A DNA stretch of 18,682 bases from an uncultured bacterium (GCA_965369865.1 CBDURU010000070.1:1-18682); one strand, 5' to 3'. Positions 7,721 to 16,992 are shown, numbered from the stretch's first letter. The notes: generated from the letters alone by a model not told the origin. Numbers and translations: made by a program.

Positions 7721-8803
7721 ATGAAGTTATACATGCAATTTACACTTACAATTATTTCATTAGTTTTATTGTTCCCAATACTGCCATTAAATTCTGAAAT
7801 TAATAGCCCTGAATTCTATGTCGATCTTTTATTATCTGACGTAGCTTCAGAAAGAATTACTGCATATAATTCATTAGTTGAAATTGGTGAGGACGCAATT
7901 CCTGTTATGCTTGGTAAGGATTGGAAAGAAAACGGTCTTTATTTTGAAATATGCCCCATGATTATACACGATATTGGTGATCCCGCCCTTCAACCCCTTG
8001 GTGAAATTCTACAAGAAGCTATTAATTCAGGGGATTATAGTGGAAACCTTATTCAAAGAAAAGGATTATATTCTTTGCTCTGTTTGACTGAAATGGGACC
8101 TAATGCTGCTGAAACATTACCAATTATTCTTGAAGCATTAAATTCTAATTTTGCACCAAGTTTTGCTTGTGAAGCTATTGAAGCTATAAACCTGGCTACC
8201 CCTGCCGTAATTCAAGGACTTTTAGACAAATTAAACGATGACATTTTAACTGCCAGTGCTGCAATTTTGGCATTGGGAACAATTACTGAAACTTGTAACG
8301 AAGAAGTAACATCTGCTTTAATTCAGCTATTTAACGAAGGCACAAATGAATTTTTAACTATAGAGCTAGCGTATGCCCTATATAAGCTTGATTATAAAAA
8401 AGAAGATATGTTACAAATAATTATCGATCAATTCGAAGATAAATCTAATAATTCTAATAGAGTATTTGCGATTTATGCAATTGCACGGATTGGAGATGAA
8501 AATTCTCTTGAACTTTTAAAAAATTCACTTTACTCAACTGAAGAGCAATTAAAAAGTGTAATTATGCATGAAATAAGACGTTACTATCAAGTCGATGAAA
8601 TTATTAATATTCTAAATGGAGCACTATCCGATGAAGATGATAGTGTTGTAATTATGGCTGCTATTTACTTAAGCTGGTATGGTCAAGAAGCAAAAAAATC
8701 ACTGGCAGAATTAGAGTACATATATGAAAATTGGGAATCTAAAAACATTCAAGAAACTGATCTCACATATTTAGAAGAAGCTATATTATTGATATCAGAA
8801 TAG
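7721..8803 (+). CDS. Secreted HEAT/PBS-lyase-like repeat protein, AT-rich
   Basis: RBS AAGGAGGA at 7706-7713 and an N-terminal signal peptide. Repeats include RITAYNSLVEIGEDAIPVM, AAILALGTI, RVFAIYAIARIGDENSLELL and LSDEDDSVVIMAAIYL. Strong A/T bias at third codon positions. Confidence 0.85.
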   Translation: MKLYMQFTLTIISLVLLFPILPLNSEINSPEFYVDLLLSDVASERITAYNSLVEIGEDAIPVMLGKDWKENGLYFEICPMIIHDIGDPALQPLGEILQEAINSGDYSGNLIQRKGLYSLLCLTEMGPNAAETLPIILEALNSNFAPSFACEAIEAINLATPAVIQGLLDKLNDDILTASAAILALGTITETCNEEVTSALIQLFNEGTNEFLTIELAYALYKLDYKKEDMLQIIIDQFEDKSNNSNRVFAIYAIARIGDENSLELLKNSLYSTEEQLKSVIMHEIRRYYQVDEIINILNGALSDEDDSVVIMAAIYLSWYGQEAKKSLAELEYIYENWESKNIQETDLTYLEEAILLISE

Positions 8804-8979
8804 ACTATATTCCTAGAAAGGAGCAAGTACCTATATAAATATAGGAATTAAGTTCACCTTAGTCGTCGCTGGGAGTTACATCCAGATTCATTTAACACCT
8901 TCTCCCCTTTCGTAATACCCTCAAACAGCTCATCCGCGATACGCCGACAAGCTACGCTTTGGCTCCGCTTGTCGTCGGC

Positions 8980-9123
8980 ACCTGGCCTAAGTCTGTGCGT
9001 AAAAACATCCCTTCACTTACTATTAGGACATGTTTGGGAGTGATTGGCGCATGGTATAATAAAAAATCAGGGACTGGAGTATGATTCATCGTGATAAGGC
9101 ATCGAGGAATTTATTAGTGGAAC
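8980..9123 (+). repeat. Right copy of the 144-bp direct repeat (contains TGGTATAAT at 9052-9060)
   Basis: Colinear with 7423-7566. Confidence 0.9.
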
Positions 9124-9300
9124 TTCATCGTGCGGGATGCCGCGGGGCGTGTCGCGATCGTGAGGTATCCGGATGAGTCGGACGCGGATGTGCCGCAGAA
9201 TGAAGTTCATTACACATACGGCGGGGATGGCAGAGTGAAGCAGATCGCCGTTGTGAAAACCAGAACCCGGAAAGTGCATTTCCGGGCTACGAGCTTGTAG
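9118..9300 (+). pseudogene. RHS/YD-repeat protein fragment
   Basis: Open frame absent from the ORF track: WNFIVRDAAGRVAIVRYPDESDADVPQNEVHYTYGGDGRVKQIAVV... It shows two YD-like units and is bounded by TAG stops at 9115 and 9298. Confidence 0.65.
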
Positions 9301-9324
9301 GCGCCACCGGACAGGCAAGGTGAT

Positions 9325-9349
9325 AAAAAACCCACCTTTCAAGGTGGGT
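9325..9349 (-). terminator. Intrinsic terminator for the minus-strand gene 9431..10177 (possibly also the ABC operon)
   Basis: ACCCACCTT-tc-AAGGTGGGT with an A run at 9325-9330, which is a U tail on the minus strand. Confidence 0.7.
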
Positions 9350-9430
9350 GAAAAATTTTTAATAAACAGAGCCTGCTAAGTGATGCATGCTCCACACTTC
9401 ACTAAAAGAATCCAGGACCTCCAGAGTATT

Positions 9431-10177
9431 TCAGAGCAAATCTTCAATTTTTTGATTCAGCCAGTCGAGCAGGTCTCCGGGCGGAAGGTTCTCTAAAATT
9501 GCAGCATGATCCATCCAGATATGTTTGCGGCGGATGTCGATGCCGGCATTCTCAACCTGGATCATGGCGCGAATTACGTCCTCCTCGTCGATCAACCTGA
9601 CTCCTTCGTCCTCATCATCTTCGCCTTCAACTTCACGAGCGTACCCGATGATCTCACCGTCAACTTCCCTGAGAATTCCCATCTCGTCCCAGTCGCCATT
9701 TTCAGTAACGATCCAAACGGCAGCCTGGATAGTATCGAATTCCATGTCAGAATCACCAACGACCGCCATAAGGTTGGTAAGCGGGCTGGAGAACCTGTCG
9801 AACACCGCGAACCTGTTTCCTGGTACCGGTATGGAAGCCTGTGTTTCAAGGCTTGCCGTCCGGACAATAACTTCGAGCGGTTCATTGTCTGTCAGGTCAA
9901 TCTCGACAGTGTGTGTGACCACCATATCCTGGACACCCACCGGCCGTGCCGCAAGGAAAGTGCCCGCGGGTATGACAACATGGATATCCTCATCGATCGT
10001 ACGTGTCATAGTGATTTTGGCGGTGTTGTAAGTATCACCCTGGGCTACGACATCGAGCATGTCATACGCGGTCAGATTGTAGATAAGCTGATAGCTCGGG
10101 TATCCCTGTGATGAGACGGGGACTGTAAATGTAAGGATAATAACGATTGCAAGAAAAGCGGTAACCGAATGCTTCAT
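9431..10177 (-). CDS. Secreted hypothetical protein
   Basis: 248 aa with a signal peptide (MKHSVTAFLAIVIILTFTVPVSS) and AAGGAGG upstream. Contains VVIPAGTFL..QDMVV and IQAAVWIVT segments. Confidence 0.8.
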   Translation of the reverse strand: MKHSVTAFLAIVIILTFTVPVSSQGYPSYQLIYNLTAYDMLDVVAQGDTYNTAKITMTRTIDEDIHVVIPAGTFLAARPVGVQDMVVTHTVEIDLTDNEPLEVIVRTASLETQASIPVPGNRFAVFDRFSSPLTNLMAVVGDSDMEFDTIQAAVWIVTENGDWDEMGILREVDGEIIGYAREVEGEDDEDEGVRLIDEEDVIRAMIQVENAGIDIRRKHIWMDHAAILENLPPGDLLDWLNQKIEDLL

Positions 10178-10302
10178 CTTAAAAACCTCCTTGATGTGCG
10201 AGACGTAAGGATACTACATACAATGAAAATGACACAAGTTAAAAATTCCCGTAAAGCGGTAAGATTTCTATTTTCTTTTAATTAACCAGTGAGGGAATCA
10301 GG

Positions 10303-11334
10303 TTACACAATTAATTCTTTTGCTTTGGCACGTAGAAGGCTCAGGAAAAATGGCGCTCCAAGCATGGCGGTGATAATTCCGGGCGGTAATTCGACGGGAG
10401 CGATTATTGTCCTGCTTATAAGATCGCAAAGAACAAGAAATCCGGCGCCGGCGAGAAGGCTTCCGGGAAGCACGAGGCGGTAGTCCGGTCCGGTGATCAT
10501 CCTGACCGCGTGCGGGACAATCAACCCGACAAACCCGATCGGCCCGACCTGGCTTACAGCGGCGCCGGCGAGGAGTCCCGCCGCGATAAATCCCGCGATC
10601 TGCAGTTTACGGACATTCACACCCGCGGTTTGAGCCTGGACATCGCCGAGCGCGAGAATATTGAATGAACGTGCATTGACGAAAAGTACGAGTGAAAAAA
10701 TTATAAGCACCGGGAGTATGCCCCAGACCGATTTGTACCCCACAGTGTCGAGCGAACCCATCATCCACCGGATCAGGGCGAAGTTCTGCTCGAAATCAGA
10801 GAGGTATTGAAGTAAGAGCACAATGGCGGCGAAAAAGAAATTCACACTGACTCCAGCGAGAAGGAGAAGCCCGGTCGGGTGGCGTCCATTACGGTTTGAA
10901 AGCGCCCAGACAATGGCGAGTGTCGCGAGGCTGAAGATAAACGCGCCGAGGACCGTGCCCGGGACCTCGAATACAGTCGCGCCGATTCCGAAAAATATTA
11001 CAAGCGCGGCACCGAGAGTACCGCCGGACGCAACCCCGAGAGTGAACGGGCTGGCCAGCGGATTCCGCAGAAGTGCCTGCATGGAAGCCCCGCTTACTGC
11101 GAGTGCTCCACCCGCGACAAGCGCAAGCACAATTCGAGGTAACCTTGCCTGGAACAGAATAGAGCGGTCGGGATTTTCAGAGAGGGGAATTGAAAAATCC
11201 AACGCCTTCAAAAAGTCAATATTATGAGAGCCGAAAATCGGGGCGATCGCCACACATACCACTGTAAACCCGACAAACGCAGCCATCCATGACCAGAACC
11301 TGAGCGGGGTAAGTGCACGAATACCTGTATTCAT
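10303..11334 (-). CDS. ABC transporter permease, FecCD/BtuC family
   Basis: Motifs RLPRIVLA, QALLRNPLASPFTLGV, WMMGSL, GPIGFVGLIVPH and ELPPGIITAMLGAPFF. Confidence 0.95.
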   Translation of the reverse strand: MNTGIRALTPLRFWSWMAAFVGFTVVCVAIAPIFGSHNIDFLKALDFSIPLSENPDRSILFQARLPRIVLALVAGGALAVSGASMQALLRNPLASPFTLGVASGGTLGAALVIFFGIGATVFEVPGTVLGAFIFSLATLAIVWALSNRNGRHPTGLLLLAGVSVNFFFAAIVLLLQYLSDFEQNFALIRWMMGSLDTVGYKSVWGILPVLIIFSLVLFVNARSFNILALGDVQAQTAGVNVRKLQIAGFIAAGLLAGAAVSQVGPIGFVGLIVPHAVRMITGPDYRLVLPGSLLAGAGFLVLCDLISRTIIAPVELPPGIITAMLGAPFFLSLLRAKAKELIV

Positions 11335-12125
11335 GAGGCATCCCCCCCGTTCGATCGCGCGAAGACCGCTTTATCATCCCCATCGGAAATTACCTTTACA
11401 GAAATTCCATAAGCCTCCGCAAGGAGATTTTCGTTCAATACATCCGACGGATGGCCGTCGGCAACAATTTTACCTTCGGACAAAAGAACAAGACGATCGG
11501 CCCATCGCGATACACCGCCTACATCATGGGCGACAACAACTATCCCGGCACCATTTACCGCAAGGGTTTTCAGGAGTTGATATGCCTCGGCCTGGTTTTT
11601 CAAATCGAGCTCCGACACCGGCTCATCGAGGAGAAGGCATAACGGCTGCGTGGCAATCGCTTTGGCGAGGATTACGCGTGCGCGTTCGCCGCCCGAGAGT
11701 TCGGTGATTAACCGCCCGGCCCAATCCCGGATACCGACGATCCGCATGGCGTTCGATGCAGCGTCCTGGTCAATTTCGGAATCGAAGAACGCGCCTCCGG
11801 AATGCGGCCACCGTCCGAGCATTACCACCTCGCCAACGGTAAACGGAAAATGAATCTCATCCTCCTGCGGGAGGTACGCAACCATCCTGGCAAGTTCGCG
11901 CCCCGGAAAATTCTTCAAGGATCTTCCATTGAAATTTATCTCACCGGAAACCGGATTGTGCAATCCTGCCAGGAGTTTGAGAATGGTGCTTTTCCCCGCG
12001 CCGTTCGGTCCGATCAACGCGACAAACTCACCCTGGTTTATATGAAAATTAATATCATGAAGGACCGTACCGCCTGGATGGTATCCAAACGTGAGGTTTG
12101 ATGCTATGTAGAGCGATTCGGGCAT
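11331..12125 (-). CDS. ABC transporter ATP-binding protein, FecE/BtuD/HmuV family
   Basis: Walker A GPNGAGKS, signature LSGGE, Walker B LLLDEP and H-loop AHD. Overlaps the permease by 4 bp (ATGA). Confidence 0.95.
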   Translation of the reverse strand: MPESLYIASNLTFGYHPGGTVLHDINFHINQGEFVALIGPNGAGKSTILKLLAGLHNPVSGEINFNGRSLKNFPGRELARMVAYLPQEDEIHFPFTVGEVVMLGRWPHSGGAFFDSEIDQDAASNAMRIVGIRDWAGRLITELSGGERARVILAKAIATQPLCLLLDEPVSELDLKNQAEAYQLLKTLAVNGAGIVVVAHDVGGVSRWADRLVLLSEGKIVADGHPSDVLNENLLAEAYGISVKVISDGDDKAVFARSNGGDAS

Positions 12126-12167
12126 TATTCAACATCTATGTATGTCTTTGATACTCCCAACCAGCAA

Positions 12168-13124
12168 TTAATTTATACTTTCCGAATAAGGATCCTCAAC
12201 CTCATCCGGGAAAATTTCGGGATGAATCCAGTGCGCGATAAGCATAAGGATTTTATCAAGGTTAGCGCCGGGAATCTGGAACCAGCCTTCTTCGGGGACG
12301 ATAATATTTCCATCCCGGACAGCACGAATACTCGAAAGCTCGAGCCAGTCTTCCGCAAGGGCGATGAATTCAGGATCCGACGCTCCTTTGGAAAGAGTCG
12401 AGTCGATGATAATTTCAGGATCGGCACCGATTAACGCTTCCACTCCCACCTGAGGCCAGATCACATCCTGGTTCCCGAAAACATTTATCCCACCGGCAAT
12501 CTCAATCAGCTCCGAAAGGTAATTCCCGGGACCGGCGACATAAATGTCCTGAAGCCTGCCGGGATTACGTCCGACCACAAGCACGACACGCACTGGATCG
12601 ACACCCTCAAGGGCTTCCAGGACGGTCTCCTTCGCTGAATGGAAATTCTGAATGAGCGTCTCAGCTTCACTTTCTTTGCCGAGCAATTCGCCAAGAGACT
12701 CGATGCTCCGGAGGATTTCCGCGATCTTGTTATTTGAAAAATTCCTGTAATCCAGATCAAGGCCGTCAAGCATGTTCTGCATTTTTTCATCGGTATCAAC
12801 GATGAGAACCATGTCCGGCTGAATAGCGATCAACGCCTCGAGATCGGGATCGAGATAGTTGCCCACTTTCGATTTATCATTTGCTTCGGGGGGATAATTC
12901 GAATACTCATCGACACCGATAAGGAGTTCGTCAGCTCCGAGCGCGTAAATAATTTCGGTCAGGTTAGGAGACATCGAGACGATCCGGCGGGGTAATGTGT
13001 CGACATTTTCGTCAGGATTCAATATCGCCTGGTGTGCCCTCTCCACATCTTCACCAGGGGTGCATCCAGGTATCAGAACAATGCCTGAAATAATAAACAA
13101 GAGGTATCCTATATATATTCGCAT
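12168..13124 (-). CDS. Substrate-binding lipoprotein, BtuF/helical-backbone metal receptor family
   Basis: Lipobox LIPGC. Motifs PRRIVSMSPNLTEIIYALG, GVDEYSNYPPEA, DLEALIAIQPD and AGGINVF. Confidence 0.92.
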   Translation of the reverse strand: MRIYIGYLLFIISGIVLIPGCTPGEDVERAHQAILNPDENVDTLPRRIVSMSPNLTEIIYALGADELLIGVDEYSNYPPEANDKSKVGNYLDPDLEALIAIQPDMVLIVDTDEKMQNMLDGLDLDYRNFSNNKIAEILRSIESLGELLGKESEAETLIQNFHSAKETVLEALEGVDPVRVVLVVGRNPGRLQDIYVAGPGNYLSELIEIAGGINVFGNQDVIWPQVGVEALIGADPEIIIDSTLSKGASDPEFIALAEDWLELSSIRAVRDGNIIVPEEGWFQIPGANLDKILMLIAHWIHPEIFPDEVEDPYSESIN

Positions 13125-13304
13125 ATCGACCGATTTTAAAAAATTTATTTAAAACAGGTTATCATCCAGCGTAATACAAATAAAGGTCTGGTTAATTAAA
13201 TGGCGGAATTCTACAAGCAGTCAGGGGATAATTTTCAATCCCGAATAGCCGGTTTAAGACCAATCCTGAAAAATAAAAATTGATTGGACATATTTAGAAT
13301 TTAG

Positions 13305-13344
13305 GGGGACACCTGCTTTTCGACGGGCGAAAAGAGGTGTCCCC
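13305..13344. repeat. Strong isolated palindrome (GGGGACA...TGTCCCC type)
   Basis: GGGGACACCT-g-CTTTTCG-acggg-CGAAAAG-AGGTGTCCCC, with an extra TGTCCCC at 13350-13356. Confidence 0.6.
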
Positions 13345-13625
13345 AATCTTGTCCCCGATCTCGAATCAATATTTAATTAATAGGATTGGTTTAAGTTGAA
13401 ATTGAACGCCCGGGTTGAGGCAGGGCGATTTTCGTCGAGAAACTAGCGTTGTGTTGCAATATGTATGAATATCACATTTTATATTCTAAAAATTCATAAT
13501 TCCCAAAAATTAGCTAAAATTAAAGTGGGGAAATATACTAAAAATATATTATTATTGCAACGTAATTAAAAACGAATTGGTTGGGTTAAGGGTTTTGGGG
13601 CTAAAAATTCATTACATCTGCAACA

Positions 13626-14822
13626 CTATCTCATCACTCGCTGGATATATCTGAACCGATCCTTGCCGAGGTCTATTCGCTGGGGGGTAAGGGAGAAGTG
13701 GTGATGGCGTGAAAAATACACGTCGACTTCAGGCGTAAACAGGCCGCCATTGCCAGCCCCGATCACAACACCCACCTCGTTGCTTGAAAGAATAACCGCA
13801 CTGCCCTGGGGATACATGCCGGTGCGGTTGATAAACCCCTTGAGGACTTCGCGATTGTAAGACCTGCCGGAATCTCTTATCAGGCATTTGATAGCGCGAT
13901 GGGGTGTAACCGCGTTGCGGTGGGGCCGAGGGCTGACAAGAGCGGTATAATCATCAATAATATGAGAAAGATGCACACATTGAGGAATTTCATCACCGCT
14001 ACGCTTTAAGGGATATCCGTTTCCATCCTCGCATTCGTGATGCATGAGGATAATATCCCTGGCGATTTTCGGAATGCGGTCATTCAGTGGAGATAGCGCC
14101 CTGGATCCGAGATACGGGTGCTTATGAATTTCTCGTATCTCCGTCCTTTTGAGAGAATCAGGTTTTTCAAGAATAAACTCCGGGATTAGAAACATCCCGG
14201 TGTCATGGAGGAGCGCTCCGAGACAAGCTCCATGGATCACATCCTCCGGCTCATCCATCATCCTGAGATGCCACCCCATGAGCGCGGCCATATCGATTGA
14301 ATCATCGATCAGGCTGTCGAGGAATACATGGTATGAGGACCCCTGCACGGGAAGAGGAGGAGTTCTCATCAGTTCGATATCATGAAGGACTTTCTCCACG
14401 AGCAATTCCAGGGTCTGGATATCGGGAAGTTTTTTAGCGGGCAGGTCGGAAAAGGTCCGGGCGAGGACATCCCGTCCGAACTTCTCGGTTTCCCTGGAAA
14501 TCGAGCGAGCAATACCACTTCGCCACTGCATTTCCGAGATGCGTGACGAGATCACATCGAGGCTGGGGCGATTGGGGAATACATGGCTCGAAACAAAATC
14601 TGAACGTCCGGCGATAAGCCCGATGACGTTCGCTCTTTTGATACGCGCCAGGAGCTCTGAGGTGATTGAGGTACCGGTCGGGATAGCCACATCGCCATTG
14701 AGATCGAGAAGATCGCAGGACGTGGTTGTTCCGAGAACCAGTTGATCTATGCCAATAAGAGTTCCCTGTGACACGGTTTCAGTTTCCTTGATATAAGCAC
14801 CCGGAATGATATTATTCTCCAA
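13626..14822 (-). CDS. HD-GYP domain protein (cyclic-dinucleotide phosphodiesterase family, partly degenerate)
   Basis: Motifs LLHDTG, IHKHPYLG, HHECEDGNGYP, RPHR and YPQGSAVILSSNEVGVV. The TTG start is uncertain. Confidence 0.88.
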   Translation of the reverse strand: MENNIIPGAYIKETETVSQGTLIGIDQLVLGTTTSCDLLDLNGDVAIPTGTSITSELLARIKRANVIGLIAGRSDFVSSHVFPNRPSLDVISSRISEMQWRSGIARSISRETEKFGRDVLARTFSDLPAKKLPDIQTLELLVEKVLHDIELMRTPPLPVQGSSYHVFLDSLIDDSIDMAALMGWHLRMMDEPEDVIHGACLGALLHDTGMFLIPEFILEKPDSLKRTEIREIHKHPYLGSRALSPLNDRIPKIARDIILMHHECEDGNGYPLKRSGDEIPQCVHLSHIIDDYTALVSPRPHRNAVTPHRAIKCLIRDSGRSYNREVLKGFINRTGMYPQGSAVILSSNEVGVVIGAGNGGLFTPEVDVYFSRHHHFSLTPQRIDLGKDRFRYIQRVMR

Positions 14823-15125
14823 TGTCAGCCGGGAGTCAATAATCGTCCGCGTCCAGGCAATTAAATTATATTAAGTCTAGGGGGCATAATAAAGCAGGAT
14901 AATCGGTAATGTCAAGGATTTTTCGGCTTTCTTTACCAAAAGTATAATATATTTTTAACATTTCCCCACTGGCACACTGCTATTTATTGTCTGTTTTTGC
15001 ACATTGGCAATGATTGGGACCTGGTTAGTTCTCCTGGAAATCTCCAGCAAATGAAATTCAATCGGGATCAATGCTGTCCAGGTCTACACGATTTGCCGGT
15101 TTTTCGTGATCGTAACATGAAGAAC

Positions 15126-15274
15126 CCGACCGCAGGATGCAGTCGGCACGTAGTATCCGATAGCTGGAAGCTAACGGCACGTAGTACCCAATAGCTGGAA
15201 GCTAACGGCACGTAGTATCCGATAGCTGGAAGCTAACAGCACGTAGTATCCGATAGCTGGAAGCTAACGGCACG
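15126..15274. repeat. Tandem array of 31-bp REP-like hairpin units (4 near-identical units plus 1 variant hairpin)
   Basis: CGGCACGTAGTATCCGATAGCTGGAAGCTAA starts at 15144, 15175, 15206 and 15237, with a partial copy at 15268. The array is preceded by the variant CCGACCGCAGGATGCAGTCGGCAC. Confidence 0.9.
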
Positions 15275-15441
15275 CAGGGGAAATCCTTACTTTAAACCAT
15301 TTGAGGAAATTTTATATTGGACAAGAGTGAATTAGGATATAAAATTTTCACTTACCTTTAATGGTCATTAATTCTATTAGTTTAGAACTCACCCTCCAAC
15401 TCTAAAATTATATTGATGGATCCTTGAAGGAGGACGTAATA

Positions 15442-16992
15442 ATGTCACGAATAAATGGCGCACAATCGGCTCTTACTGCCGTTTTCATTTGCATACTGAT
15501 TATAATCACCCTGATATCCTGCGGACGGGGAGGCGATGCGGTCCTTCCAACAGCGAACCCGGACCTGATGTCATCTCCGACCGATGTTGAGGATGATGGA
15601 AGGGAGATACCGTTTGGTACCGGCGGCCCCGATCTCAACCTGATCGCCGGTGGGGAATTTTCGACGGAGGCTGTGAACGACCTCACGGATACGCTCATCA
15701 TGCTCAGGGATGCCGGCGGGGGAGTGGATAATTTCGGTCTCCCGCCCGGCCAGTTTGTGGTTCATGTCTGGGACGCGGACACACATGAGAGCCTCTGGGT
15801 TGAAGCGGTAATAATTTCGGGAGCAAACCCGGGATCGCTCTGGGATATCCCCGGGATCGCTCTTTTTGAAAATAGCGAAGTCCCATTGACGATCACGGTT
15901 TATCTTGAGGGATATGCCATGGCAACGATCTCGGGAACCACGGCGGATGTCATTTCGATCGCGCTCGAGGAGACCGTGGAATACGGTGAAGTACGGGTGT
16001 TTGGTGTAGCCCAGAATTTCGGGTACAACAGAATGCAGTTTTACACCGATACCCTTGTGCCGGATTATACCGATGAAGCACCAGCATCGCTCGACGGCAA
16101 CTACATGAATTTCGACCTGTCGTACGAATCACATGTCCAGAACGGACTCTCCGCCTTCCTTTTCGGATCGCTCGGACTCGACAGCGGCAGCACTGGTGTC
16201 CAGGTAATGGGATTCCCGACATTCTGGATGACAAACTATTTCGGATGGGAACTCGGGATATTGAATCCTAATGACCGCCTTTTCCTTAATGTGGAATTCA
16301 ACACGAAGGTTCCGCCGGATGGAATTGTAACTGGATCGGTCGCGTTGCCTGTGGACATATGGGGCGACTGGGAGGCTGAAACCAGCGGCGCGAGGTTGTG
16401 GGCTGTACCGACGGCAATTTTTCTCGACGGCGAAAGATATCTGGCTGTCGGGCCGCACTGCACACTCACTGGCGTAAGCCCTGACGCGCTCGAGTACAGT
16501 AACGGATGGTTCGATCCCGAAATTACCGAGGACCGTCTTGTGTTGTCGGCGCAATTTGTGAAGCCCGACGGTTCGGCGGATATCGTGCATGCGGACTGGC
16601 ACGGCGTTGATGTTGTCGACCCGATCGCGTTCTCAGGAATACCCGACCTCAGCGTTTCAGATTATAAGGACGGCGGCGGCTACACTCATCCGATCTTTAC
16701 ATTTACCGATCCCATTACCGGCAGCAGCGACCTGTTGAAGATCAGGGGTTACACGGAAGGAGTCGGCCCGGTCTGGAATATCACGTCGGGAGGCGGCGCG
16801 ATTACTATCGACACCGCAAACTATGATATTCCACTGACATGGTTGCGAGACTGTCTCGATTTCACCGATGTGAGATTCCGTTTGGAATGTATCGACGCAA
16901 TCAGCCTGGATATTGATGGTTTTACGAGGGATGACGTAATTCTAAGGCGTTATGAAAGCGCGTTGAGTGTGTGGACCGATCCAGTGGAATGA
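15442..16992 (+). CDS. Large acidic hypothetical lipoprotein (probably beta-rich)
   Basis: Start moved to ATG 15442, after RBS AAGGAGGA at 15427-15434. Signal peptide with lipobox LISC-GRGG. Host-like codon usage. Confidence 0.8.
   Translation: MSRINGAQSALTAVFICILIIITLISCGRGGDAVLPTANPDLMSSPTDVEDDGREIPFGTGGPDLNLIAGGEFSTEAVNDLTDTLIMLRDAGGGVDNFGLPPGQFVVHVWDADTHESLWVEAVIISGANPGSLWDIPGIALFENSEVPLTITVYLEGYAMATISGTTADVISIALEETVEYGEVRVFGVAQNFGYNRMQFYTDTLVPDYTDEAPASLDGNYMNFDLSYESHVQNGLSAFLFGSLGLDSGSTGVQVMGFPTFWMTNYFGWELGILNPNDRLFLNVEFNTKVPPDGIVTGSVALPVDIWGDWEAETSGARLWAVPTAIFLDGERYLAVGPHCTLTGVSPDALEYSNGWFDPEITEDRLVLSAQFVKPDGSADIVHADWHGVDVVDPIAFSGIPDLSVSDYKDGGGYTHPIFTFTDPITGSSDLLKIRGYTEGVGPVWNITSGGGAITIDTANYDIPLTWLRDCLDFTDVRFRLECIDAISLDIDGFTRDDVILRRYESALSVWTDPVE

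Noticed and set aside
7266..7724. ORFs 7266..7532(-) and 7524..7724(+), and likewise 9067..9342(-)
   Set aside because: They run through repeat and promoter modules and show no protein-like motifs.
8850..8940. Minus-strand peptide scrap IADELFEGITKGEKVLNE, possibly the end of a lost gene
   Set aside because: Too short to assign a family without a search.
13453..13561. 9-bp inverted repeat GTTGCAATA/TATTGCAAC about 100 bp apart
   Set aside because: Short and in very AT-rich DNA, so plausibly chance. No target duplication seen.
15144..15274. Possible CRISPR array (31-bp period, palindromic)
   Set aside because: Units are head-to-tail with no unique spacers, and there are no cas genes in the window.
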